64,000 nt of DNA from Candidatus Cloacimonas sp. Its GTDB lineage: Bacteria > Cloacimonadota > Cloacimonadia > Cloacimonadales > Cloacimonadaceae. Position 1 is the first letter of the stretch; each line of letters starts with the position of its first letter. The notes under the pieces are model-generated. The model was not told where the DNA came from. It searched no databases and saw nothing but the letters and a program-made list of their open reading frames with translations. Shown here one piece after another: positions 1 through 8,933 of the stretch. The stretch lies in assembly GCA_039680785.1 (NCBI GenBank), contig JBDKSF010000068.1, positions 31,922-95,921 of the forward strand, given 5' to 3'. The position numbers and the translations under genes are program-made.

Positions 1-1
1 A

Positions 2-1891
2 CTACTCTTTTTTGCGGCTGCAACTCTCTTGCCCTTGCTGATTTGGTTGCTGGCAAAGAAAAAACCGCAAAAAATCGTCTTTCCTTCCCTGCGTTTCATT
101 AAGCTTAGTAAAGAACAGGAAAAAAGCCGCAGCAAACTGAAAAACATTTTATTGCTAATTATCAGGATGCTGATTATTTTGCTGGTAGTTTTGGCAGTGG
201 CACGCCCTATGTTTAATTCCCCCCAAATAAAACCTTCCGCAAAGCATCCACCCACCGCAGTTGCCATTTTGATTGATACTTCCTATAGTATGGAATATGC
301 GGAAACAGGCAAAAGCGCACTTCAATATGCCAAGGAGGCATTACAAAAAATAAATTCCCAAGCCAATGCCGACGACCGTTTCATCCCCATAAGTTCCGAT
401 GAAAATTGGAACTTGATTCATAGCCAAATTTATGCCGGAACCATACCGGAGACACTGATTGAACAGCTAACAACTACTTACACACCTCTTTCGCTGAAAG
501 ATATGGTTACAGCGGCAGAAACAAAACTATCTGAAAGTCAGATGCCCAATCGAGAAATATATCTAATCAGTGATTTACGCATTCCCCCCGTTAATTTGAC
601 CTCCAGTGTTCCCATTGCTTTGATACCTTTGCCTCAAACAGTTGGCTATGAGAATTTGGCAGTTATCTCAGCTAATGCATTATATCAGCTTGTGGATAAA
701 CGCAACCAACAACTTATCCAATTTACGGTTGCCAATTATGGCAATGCTGAACGCAAAGATGTTTTAGTTAAAGCGATAGTAAACGAAATCAAACTGGCGG
801 AAAAATTTGTTTCCATTCCTCCTCGCAGTTCAATTACGGAAACGATGACCGTAGATTTACGCTCCGATGGCTGGCAAAGTGGTTTTATAGAAATAAACGA
901 TGAACGCCAAATTATGGACAATCGCTGTTATTTTGCCTTCCCATTTTACAGCAAACCCAAAATCGGCGTCATTACGCAAAATGACAATTTGCCTCCTATT
1001 CTGGCTACTGTTTTGAAGGTTTACAGCGCTTCCAATTATCAAATACTTTCTCCGGATGAGCTGTCTTTGAATGATTTGGATAATTATCAGCTTTTTGTGG
1101 TCTATAATTGTGGGCCTATCACTACCCGCCTAAGGGAAATTTTTACCAATTTGCAAAATCGCAAAATCGGATTATTATATTGTTTGGGAAATGATCTTGC
1201 TGCCGATTGGAAATCATATCTGAACAATACTTTTGGCTTGGATATCAGAGAACGAATGCAAAAAACGGTTACCATCGATAACTTAAATGCGCATCACTAT
1301 ATCAGTTCTCTTATTGCCGGCAAAGCTTTGAAAAGTCCTACCGTAACTGATTTTTGGCAGGCATCCAATAAAAAAGCCAGTGTGCTGATTTCGGCTCAAA
1401 ACTTTCCTTTGGCAGTGATTAAAGATAAGCAATCCCTTTGGTTGTGGAATATAGTTAGTTCTGGCATCCCTTTTTATATTGATCCCGCTTTTCCCGTTTT
1501 AGCTTATCGGACTTTTGATTACATCGCGGGAAAGGAAATTCCGGAAGCGGATGCCAAAATCGGGACGATGCTAACTTTTGCTAAATTAAAGTTGCCCGCG
1601 GGTGAAATTATCAGCAGTGGACGCTATTTAGCCAATGAACCGGGAATTTATATTTTTGAACCTGATACCCCTCGCAGTTACGCAATGGCGATAAATATTG
1701 ATTACAGCGATTCTGAGGCAAGAACTTTTCTTCCTGAAGGCGTGAAGAATTTGGGTAATAATTGGGAAGGAAAGCTTTTCTTTTCGCGCTTAGGTTATGA
1801 CCTATGGAAAATTTTACTTGCCATTGCTTTCGCTTTGATGATTTTGGAAATTATTATCATTAAAATGGAAGAATCCAGAGCAAAACCATAA
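2..1891 (+). CDS. BatA N-terminal domain / vWA-like membrane protein (5' end lies before the window)
   Basis: N-terminal 'PLLIWLL...FPSLRFI...LLLIIRMLIILLVVLAVARP' (BatA double-TM motif), 'ILIDTSYSME' MIDAS-like motif, C-terminal TM 'DLWKILLAIAFALMILE'. Frame is open back to base 2. Confidence 0.7.
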   Translation, partial: LLFFAAATLLPLLIWLLAKKKPQKIVFPSLRFIKLSKEQEKSRSKLKNILLLIIRMLIILLVVLAVARPMFNSPQIKPSAKHPPTAVAILIDTSYSMEYAETGKSALQYAKEALQKINSQANADDRFIPISSDENWNLIHSQIYAGTIPETLIEQLTTTYTPLSLKDMVTAAETKLSESQMPNREIYLISDLRIPPVNLTSSVPIALIPLPQTVGYENLAVISANALYQLVDKRNQQLIQFTVANYGNAERKDVLVKAIVNEIKLAEKFVSIPPRSSITETMTVDLRSDGWQSGFIEINDERQIMDNRCYFAFPFYSKPKIGVITQNDNLPPILATVLKVYSASNYQILSPDELSLNDLDNYQLFVVYNCGPITTRLREIFTNLQNRKIGLLYCLGNDLAADWKSYLNNTFGLDIRERMQKTVTIDNLNAHHYISSLIAGKALKSPTVTDFWQASNKKASVLISAQNFPLAVIKDKQSLWLWNIVSSGIPFYIDPAFPVLAYRTFDYIAGKEIPEADAKIGTMLTFAKLKLPAGEIISSGRYLANEPGIYIFEPDTPRSYAMAINIDYSDSEARTFLPEGVKNLGNNWEGKLFFSRLGYDLWKILLAIAFALMILEIIIIKMEESRAKP

Positions 1892-1907
1892 GTAAGAAGG
1901 CACAGTA

Positions 1908-3776
1908 ATGATTTTGGAAAATATTACCGATCCTAAACAAATAAAAGGATTAACGGTCAGCGAATTAAAAATCCTGGCTAAGGAAGTTCGCACTCGCATT
2001 GTAGAAGTCGTTTCCCAGACAGGGGGTCATTTAGCTCCCAGTTTAGGAACCGTGGATCTCACCGTTACCCTGCTTTATCTTTTTGATCCACTTGTAGATA
2101 GAATCGTTTGGGATGTAGGGCATCAGTCCTACGCTTGGAAAATTTTAACGGGACGCAACGCTCGCTTTGACACTTTAAGACAATATCAAGGCATCAGCGG
2201 TTTCACCAATCGCGAAGAAAGTCCTTATGATGCTTTTACTACAGGCCATAGCAGCACTTCCATTTCCGCCGCTTTGGGCATTGCTTGTGGCAGGGATTTA
2301 AATGGCGAAAAGGGTCATTGTCTTGCCATTATTGGTGATGGGGCTTTAACGGGTGGAATAAGTTTTGAAGCATTAAATTATGGGGGCCATCTCCAAAAAG
2401 ATAAATTCATCGTAATTCTTAATGACAACGAAATGTCCATCTCCAAAAATGTGGGCGGATTGCAAAAATATATGGCAAGAATGCTTGCCAGCAAGTCCTA
2501 TAATGTTCTTAAAAAACAGGTCTGGGATTTCAGCTCCACTTTACCTTCCAAATTTCGGCGCGGTTTCATCTACGGCGCCCAAAAAATGGAAGAATCGATG
2601 ATGAATATTTTGGTGCCCAACATCATTTTTGAAGATCTTGGCTTTAAATATGTAGGGCCCATTGACGGGAATGACATAGACCAGCTTTTGCGCATCATTA
2701 AAAGAGTTAAGAACTATATGGTCGGTCCCGTTTTAATTCATATTGTCACTCAAAAAGGAAAGGGCTATCTTCCCGCGGAAAAAGATTCCGAACTTTTTCA
2801 TGGAACAGGACCTTTTGACCTCAAAACCGGTAAGCAATTTAGCAGTGGAAAACAATCTTGGAGCGAATTTATGGGCTCAACTTTGGTCAATTTAGCTAAG
2901 CAGAATCCCAAAATTGTAGCTATAACCGCGGCTATGACTGCCGGTACAGGCCTAACGGATTTTGAAAAGAATTTTCCCGATCGCTTTTTTGATGTGGGCA
3001 TTGCCGAACAGCATTCCGTCACTTTGGCGGCAGGGATGTCCACGAAAGGTTTAAAGCCCTTCATAGCAATCTATTCCACTTTTCTGCAAAGAGCTCTGGA
3101 CCAAGTTATTCACGATGTAGCTCTTCCCAAATTGCCAGTGGTTTTTTGTATTGACAGAGCCGGACTTGTAGGCGAAGACGGAGCCACGCATCAGGGTGCT
3201 TTTGACATATCTTATTTAAATTTCATTCCCAATTTAGTCATTTTAACTCCTTCCACGGCTGAAGAACTTTCCGCGATGCTTGCTTGGGCTGCGGATTATC
3301 AAGCAAATCCTGTGGCTATCAGATATCCGAGAGGAGGGGTAGTTCATTCTAAGGAACATCAAGAACCAATGAAATTTGATCCTTTTTCCGCTAAAATTCA
3401 TTCTGATGAAGGTAACATTGCCTTGGTTGCTTGTGGAGATGCTTTTTTTATCGCTGAAGAAGTTCATAACTTATTGGCACAGAATAATATCCAATCCCAA
3501 TTAGTGCAATTATTGGCTGTTAAACCCTTGGATGCCCAAACGCTTGAAAATTTGGCAGCTAATTGCAACTATATCTTCACTTTAGAAAGCAATGCCATCA
3601 TCGGAGGAATGGGCTCCAGAATAAGCCAACTGCTTTCTCTTTATTCGGTTAAGGTAATCAATTTTGGCTATCCTGACTACTTCATTGCGCACGGCAAAAT
3701 TTCTGAATTATTGGATGAGATCGGTTTTACTCCACAAAAGCTGTATGACAAAATAACGCAGATCATCAATGAATAA
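1908..3776 (+). CDS. dxs: 1-deoxy-D-xylulose-5-phosphate synthase
   Basis: GGHLAPSLG, WDVGHQSY, GDGALTGG...ILNDN TPP-binding motif, DVGIAEQH, DGATHQG; 622 aa. Confidence 0.97.
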   Translation: MILENITDPKQIKGLTVSELKILAKEVRTRIVEVVSQTGGHLAPSLGTVDLTVTLLYLFDPLVDRIVWDVGHQSYAWKILTGRNARFDTLRQYQGISGFTNREESPYDAFTTGHSSTSISAALGIACGRDLNGEKGHCLAIIGDGALTGGISFEALNYGGHLQKDKFIVILNDNEMSISKNVGGLQKYMARMLASKSYNVLKKQVWDFSSTLPSKFRRGFIYGAQKMEESMMNILVPNIIFEDLGFKYVGPIDGNDIDQLLRIIKRVKNYMVGPVLIHIVTQKGKGYLPAEKDSELFHGTGPFDLKTGKQFSSGKQSWSEFMGSTLVNLAKQNPKIVAITAAMTAGTGLTDFEKNFPDRFFDVGIAEQHSVTLAAGMSTKGLKPFIAIYSTFLQRALDQVIHDVALPKLPVVFCIDRAGLVGEDGATHQGAFDISYLNFIPNLVILTPSTAEELSAMLAWAADYQANPVAIRYPRGGVVHSKEHQEPMKFDPFSAKIHSDEGNIALVACGDAFFIAEEVHNLLAQNNIQSQLVQLLAVKPLDAQTLENLAANCNYIFTLESNAIIGGMGSRISQLLSLYSVKVINFGYPDYFIAHGKISELLDEIGFTPQKLYDKITQIINE

Positions 3777-5142
3777 TGTGTTCGAAATTATTTGTGCGCC
3801 TGCCACTCCCGCCGGATTTTCCGCTCTGGCAATAATTCGTCTTAGTGGTTTAGGTTGCATTGAACTTGTAGCCAAGCACTTTTCCAAGAGCAAAGAACTG
3901 CTATCTTTATCTTCTCATCGGCTGATTCTGGGCACTTTTCATTCTGCCGCGGGAGAAGCTATAGATGAAGTTCTGCTTTCTGTTTTTAGAGAACCTCATA
4001 GTTATACGGGAGAAGATGTTGTGGAAATATCTTGTCACGGAAATCCCAACCTTGTGAATAGCATTTTGCAGACCCTGATGCTTTCCTGCCGTTTGGCAAA
4101 ACCGGGGGAATTTACTTTGCGCGCTTTTTTAAACGGAAAAATGGATTTGAGCCAAGCCGAGGCAGTTAACGATCTTATTCAAGCCCAAACATCCAAAGCT
4201 GAAAAGGCCTCCTTCAGGCAACTTAAGGGCTCACTTAGCCAATATTTGCAGGAATTGCTGAATCGGATAACGGAACTTCGTATCCATTTTGAACTTGCCA
4301 TTGATTTTGCCGACCAGGATTTGCCACTTCCCGATTTTGATTTGATGCATCAAGAACTGATTGATATTATCCAAAAGGCAGAGGAACTTATCAGCACAGG
4401 TGAGCAGGGAAAAAAACTCCGCACCGGCATAAAGATCTGTTTAACCGGTGCACCCAATGTAGGTAAGTCATCACTTTTTAATGCTTTGCTGCAACAGAAC
4501 CGGGCAATCGTTACTCCCCATCCGGGAACCACCCGAGATTATCTGGAAGAGTATCTATCCATAAATGGCTTTCCCATAGTTATTTATGATACTGCAGGCC
4601 TGCGCGAATCGCCGGATGACATCGAAAAAATGGGTATTGCCAAAAGTTACGAATTAATGCAGGAATCCGACCTCCTTTTATATTTAGTGGAAACAACCGC
4701 CGCAGTAAAACTTGCACAACCCATTTCCACTTTACTCTCCAATTCCTCCCTTGCGCCTGAACTTTTTGCCAAAACCCTGGTCGTATTTAGTAAAGCAGAC
4801 CTCCAAAAAGAAAATTTGCCCCCAATCGCCGGCGGTGTCTATTGTAGCGTAGTTACGGAAAATGGTTTGAAAGACCTCACTGAAACAATTTCCCAGCGCT
4901 TGCTGCTTAGCGACGACTTGCCAGATAAACCCATCCTTATCAATAACAGACATCTGATTGCCTTAGCTAACTGCTTGCAATCCTTGCATCAAGCCGAACA
5001 ATGCCTGGTGGAAAACCAAGGTTTTGAATTCATTGCCTTTGAATTGATTTCCGCCAGCAATGCATTAGAAGAAATTTTGGGCATCATTACCACCGACGAC
5101 CTCCTAAACAAAATATTCAGTGAATTCTGCATTGGAAAATAA
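3769..5142 (+). CDS. mnmE: tRNA modification GTPase MnmE (TrmE)
   Basis: SYTGEDVVEISCHG, GEFTLRAFLNGKMDLSQAEAV, GAPNVGKSSL, PGTTRD, DTAGLR, C-terminal FSEFCIGK. Confidence 0.97.
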   Translation: MNNVFEIICAPATPAGFSALAIIRLSGLGCIELVAKHFSKSKELLSLSSHRLILGTFHSAAGEAIDEVLLSVFREPHSYTGEDVVEISCHGNPNLVNSILQTLMLSCRLAKPGEFTLRAFLNGKMDLSQAEAVNDLIQAQTSKAEKASFRQLKGSLSQYLQELLNRITELRIHFELAIDFADQDLPLPDFDLMHQELIDIIQKAEELISTGEQGKKLRTGIKICLTGAPNVGKSSLFNALLQQNRAIVTPHPGTTRDYLEEYLSINGFPIVIYDTAGLRESPDDIEKMGIAKSYELMQESDLLLYLVETTAAVKLAQPISTLLSNSSLAPELFAKTLVVFSKADLQKENLPPIAGGVYCSVVTENGLKDLTETISQRLLLSDDLPDKPILINNRHLIALANCLQSLHQAEQCLVENQGFEFIAFELISASNALEEILGIITTDDLLNKIFSEFCIGK

Positions 5143-5224
5143 GCCACGGCAAAATAGCAATTATCTTCATTGCCTCAGAATGTAACTTCTCCTTAGTTAC
5201 GGCAAGTGACTAAATTAACTAACT

Positions 5225-5383
5225 CGCTGCCACAGCATACCTTGATTGCTGTTTCCATACCTTTTTTAAACGGATTGCATACGCCCAATACGCTGCCACT
5301 GCATACTCTGCTTACTGTTTCCATACCTTTTTTAAACGGATTGCATACGCTAAAAACGCTGCCACTTCATACTCTGCTTACTG
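5225..5383. repeat. 66-bp tandem repeat, about 2.4 copies
   Basis: CGCTGCCAC starts at 5225, 5291 and 5357; shared core CTGTTTCCATACCTTTTTTAAACGGATTGCATACGC. Confidence 0.85.
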
Positions 5384-5820
5384 CCCCTTTATCGTTTTGC
5401 CATCCATTTTTTTATTTATCGCTTACCGATTTATCTAATGCCCCTCGCTTTGATGCCGTTTGCCTGTCAGACCCTTTCTACTACAATTTCCGTGTATCCA
5501 CAGCAAGAATTATTTCTTCTTCTGCTACAATTTCCCCATATTCACAGCAAGAACTAATTACAACCTACCCAAAAATGCTCTTCTACTGCCCAGGCATCTT
5601 CCCTTTATGCTGCATTGACATAGCAGTAACATTTCCGTAACGAAACAACGGCAGTGTTACGGCAGCGTTACTTGATCGTAAGAGAGTGCACTGTGTAACA
5701 AATAATTAACTGATTCTATCTTATCACAGCAAAACCATTGAATAATTAGGAACAATGGCATTCTCTCTATGATTTTTGGCTGATGGGGAGAAATAATTAA
5801 AATCCTGAACAAATTATCCT

Positions 5821-5935
5821 ATCAGAATTGAATACAAGAGACCTCTACTTGCTATTTCTCCAATCTCGGCTAACAAATATCTGCAGATGATTGGAAAGGA
5901 TAGCAAAGAAGGATATTTTTTACCTTTACCACCCA
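5821..5935. repeat. 115-bp hairpin element, copy 1 (homologous to 13967-14081)
   Basis: ATCAGAATT...CTCCAAT...TTTTTACCTTTACCACCCA at identical spacing in both copies; imperfect inverted arms TTGCTAT-TCCAATC / GATTGGA-ATAGCAA. Confidence 0.65.
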
Positions 5936-5954
5936 GATGAGAAAAATTTTGTAC

Positions 5955-5984
5955 TTGACAGAACTGAAGCACTAAAAATATAAG
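5955..5984 (+). promoter_or_regulatory. putative sigma70 promoter of the TIR cassette
   Basis: TTGACA (5955-5960), 18-nt spacer, TATAAG (5979-5984), about 120 nt upstream of the first cassette gene. Confidence 0.45.
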
Positions 5985-6102
5985 AAAAACAACTATGCGA
6001 GGATAATGATTTATTATGAAAGATGAATCTCATTTATCACACACACTAAGCCTGATAGAGCAATCGGTAAAATTCCATTCATAGTCTGAACTGTTGAGGA
6101 AG

Positions 6103-7038
6103 ATGATGGATTTGCAACAAAACATCTGTCCAATATGCCATAGAGAGTTAAGTGAAAACCTAAGAACAAGCGATTATGGAAACATAGTTCATGTTGTATG
6201 TGCATACTGCGGTAACTTCAAGATAACAAATCATGTATTACTTGATATGTTGAGTGAGAGACAGCAGAAAAATGAGCCAGACATGGACATGAGTATTGCC
6301 TTAAGACATCTATCATCTATGGCAGCAGATGAGATTGATTTAAAGTATGAAAACTACGAAAAGATTAAGGGTAGTATTCAAATTCCTTCCGATCCATTGG
6401 AAGTTCTCGATCTTCTTATGCTTTATTGTGGGAAAAAAGCTACCAGGTTCAATGTAGGTATAACAGTTCCAAAAATCGATATTCCATTATTGTATGTGCA
6501 CGATGACAACGATATGCAAGCATTACTTGAAATGGCTCAGGAATTGGAGTACATTGATCAGTATCATTCAGAACAGAATAATTATGTGTTTACACTAAAA
6601 GTCAAGGGATGGGATAGAATAATCCAGCTTCGTAAAGTTAGACCAGAATCTAAACAAGTGTTTGTGGCAATGTCGTTTAACAATAAATTAGACGAAATCT
6701 ATCATCAAGGAATTGCGAAAGCAGTTGAACAATGCGGATTGATCCCTATCAGAATAGACCTTGTTGATTTTAATGACGAGATAATATCAAATGTATTAAG
6801 TAGGATAAACCAAAGCAGATTTTTAATAGCGGATTATACAGATAATAGACCAGGTGTCTATTTTGAAACTGGTTATGCTATCGGTAGAGGTTTGCCAGTA
6901 ATTTATTGCTGTCGGGAAAGCGATAAAGGGTATATTCATTTCGATATTAATCATTACAAATTCATTCATTGGATTGATGTAAGTGACTTTAAGACCGAAC
7001 TTGTAAAGAGGATAACTAATACTGGTCTAAATACTTAA
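6103..7038 (+). CDS. Zn-ribbon plus C-terminal nucleoside 2-deoxyribosyltransferase-like/TIR-like domain protein
   Basis: N-terminal CPIC...CAYC; C-terminal 'QVFVAMSF...IRID...SRFLIADYTDNRPGVYFETGYAIGRGLPVIYCC...HFDINH'. ATG at 6103 after GAGGA (ORF track starts at TTG 6094). Confidence 0.7.
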   Translation: MMDLQQNICPICHRELSENLRTSDYGNIVHVVCAYCGNFKITNHVLLDMLSERQQKNEPDMDMSIALRHLSSMAADEIDLKYENYEKIKGSIQIPSDPLEVLDLLMLYCGKKATRFNVGITVPKIDIPLLYVHDDNDMQALLEMAQELEYIDQYHSEQNNYVFTLKVKGWDRIIQLRKVRPESKQVFVAMSFNNKLDEIYHQGIAKAVEQCGLIPIRIDLVDFNDEIISNVLSRINQSRFLIADYTDNRPGVYFETGYAIGRGLPVIYCCRESDKGYIHFDINHYKFIHWIDVSDFKTELVKRITNTGLNT

Positions 7039-7071
7039 CTTAATATGTTATAAACCCTTTGAGGAGAATTG

Positions 7072-7509
7072 ATGACTAAACAAGAGTTAGAAATCTATGA
7101 ATCTCCTGCAGTTATTAAACACATAGAGATTTTGCAGGATATCATCAATAGAATGGCTGGAAACAGCGCAGCTTGTAAAACATGGGCATTAACAATCGTT
7201 ACAGGTATAATAGCTTTGTTTTACAATGATGGATTTCCCATATTGCTTGGCATCATAATTGTAGTTCTTTTCTTCGCCTTAGACTCGTTTTATGTGGGTC
7301 TTGAAAGCCATTTTAGATGTCTTCATAAAGAATTCGTGAAAAAAATGAATGAAAACAAGCTTGTAATAGAAGATATCTACAGCATCAAGACCAAGCGTAA
7401 TTTTCTTATTCACTTACAGTTCATTTTGTATGGAATGAGATCATTTTCCACTTTATTCTTTTATCCACCTATTTTGGTTATAATCGTTGTTCTGTTTTTG
7501 TGTAATTAA
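7072..7509 (+). CDS. small membrane protein (about 3 TM), putative defence effector
   Basis: 'HIEILQDIINRMAGNSAACKTW' followed by hydrophobic segments WALTIVTGIIALFY, PILLGIIIVVLFFALDSFYVGL and FFYPPILVIIVVLFL; GAGGAG RBS before ATG 7072. Confidence 0.7.
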   Translation: MTKQELEIYESPAVIKHIEILQDIINRMAGNSAACKTWALTIVTGIIALFYNDGFPILLGIIIVVLFFALDSFYVGLESHFRCLHKEFVKKMNENKLVIEDIYSIKTKRNFLIHLQFILYGMRSFSTLFFYPPILVIIVVLFLCN

Positions 7510-7533
7510 CATAAAATAAATAAGGAGGTTCAA

Positions 7534-8019
7534 ATGCCAAAGAGACAAGTTTTCTACAGCTTTCATTTCAAGAACGATGTTATGAGGGTTCAACAAATAA
7601 GAAACATTGGGGCAATTGAAGATAATAAGCCGGTATCAGAAAATGAATGGGAGGAGATTAGGAGAAAAGGGAAAGATTCTATTAAGAAATGGATCAATGT
7701 CAATATGAGTTATCGATCTTGTGTCATTGTATTGGTTGGCGAAGAAACAGCTGACCGTGAGTGGGTTCAATATGAAATAAAGAAAGCTTGGGAAGATGGT
7801 AAGGGATTACTTGGAATTTACATTCATAACATTCGGTGTCCGAGAAACGGTAAATGTAATAAAGGTGATAATCCTTTCGAACAATTTACTTTACAAGATG
7901 GTACTAAGCTATCAACTAAGGTAAAATGCTATAACCCAAAATCTGATGATGCTTACAACGATATAGCTAAAAATCTTGAGAAATGGGTTGAAGAAGCAAT
8001 TGAGAGTAGGAAGGAGTAG
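7534..8019 (+). CDS. ThsB-like TIR domain protein (DUF1863/MTH538 family)
   Basis: 'RQVFYSFHF..DVMRVQQIRN...WEE...IKKWI...M...SCVIVLVGEETADREWVQYEIKKAW..GKGLLGIYIH'; catalytic-type Glu in WVQYEI; AGGAGG RBS. Confidence 0.88.
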   Translation: MPKRQVFYSFHFKNDVMRVQQIRNIGAIEDNKPVSENEWEEIRRKGKDSIKKWINVNMSYRSCVIVLVGEETADREWVQYEIKKAWEDGKGLLGIYIHNIRCPRNGKCNKGDNPFEQFTLQDGTKLSTKVKCYNPKSDDAYNDIAKNLEKWVEEAIESRKE

Positions 8020-8021
8020 AT

Positions 8022-8825
8022 ATGTATAGGGGATTTAATGTTAAGAATATCGAGATAGAAGATGAAAAATACTATAATAAAGGATATGAGAAAATGGTTG
8101 AAAACAAGAATGCAATTTCTGATAAGTTACACAATTTCATTCCTAATAATGGTAAGATCGATGGAACAAATATTCAGAACTCTTGGTTCCCAACAATCGA
8201 CGCAGATGTTTTTATTTCTCATGCCCATAGTGATGAAAACATTGCTCTTACATTGGCTGGATGGTTATGGTGTCGTTTCCGCCTAACATCATTCGTGGAC
8301 TCTTGTGTTTGGGGATATTCAAATGACTTACAGAAGATAATTGATGAGCAATTTTGTAAAAAGGGTTACAATTCGAACAGTTATGAAAGCAGAAACTTTT
8401 CTACTAGCCATGTGCATATGATGCTTGCTAGTGCTTTAACGATAATGATTGATAGCGCAGAATGTTTATTTTTTTTAAATACGCCAAGTTCACTGTCAGT
8501 AAGTGACATTGAAGATAAGACTTGCTCTCCTTGGATATATCATGAATTAACTATCAGCAAGTACATAAGAAAACGATTTCCAACAAGACATAAACGCAAG
8601 AGTTTATTAGCCTATAGGTCAATACCAAAAGAAGCTCGATTAAAAATGGAATACTATATTGATTTGTCAAATTTGGTTACAATATCAGAAAGTGATTTGG
8701 TTGTTTGGGGAAACCACTGTAAGAGTACTAAATTAAATGCTCTTGATGATTTGTATAAAAGACATCCTATTAATCCTATTAAAAAGAGAAGTGCTCCTAA
8801 AGTGTGTAGATATCCATGTAGTTAA
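8022..8825 (+). CDS. second TIR domain protein
   Basis: 'DVFISHAHSDE...LAGWL...FVDSCVWG...MIDSAECLFFLNTP...SPWIYHEL'; starts 2 nt after the previous stop. Confidence 0.78.
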   Translation: MYRGFNVKNIEIEDEKYYNKGYEKMVENKNAISDKLHNFIPNNGKIDGTNIQNSWFPTIDADVFISHAHSDENIALTLAGWLWCRFRLTSFVDSCVWGYSNDLQKIIDEQFCKKGYNSNSYESRNFSTSHVHMMLASALTIMIDSAECLFFLNTPSSLSVSDIEDKTCSPWIYHELTISKYIRKRFPTRHKRKSLLAYRSIPKEARLKMEYYIDLSNLVTISESDLVVWGNHCKSTKLNALDDLYKRHPINPIKKRSAPKVCRYPCS

Positions 8826-8933
8826 AAACAGAGATTATATTAACTTTGAAGTCCGGTATTTCCAATGAAACAGTGGAAACAGAGTATGGATTTCTAAGAC
8901 ACCAATTTGGTTCATTTCTGATAAGGAGAATAG

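Noticed and set aside
5206-5640. 144-aa ORF after mnmE
   Set aside because: GTG start without RBS; the frame is kept open by a 66-bp repeat; no protein-like features.
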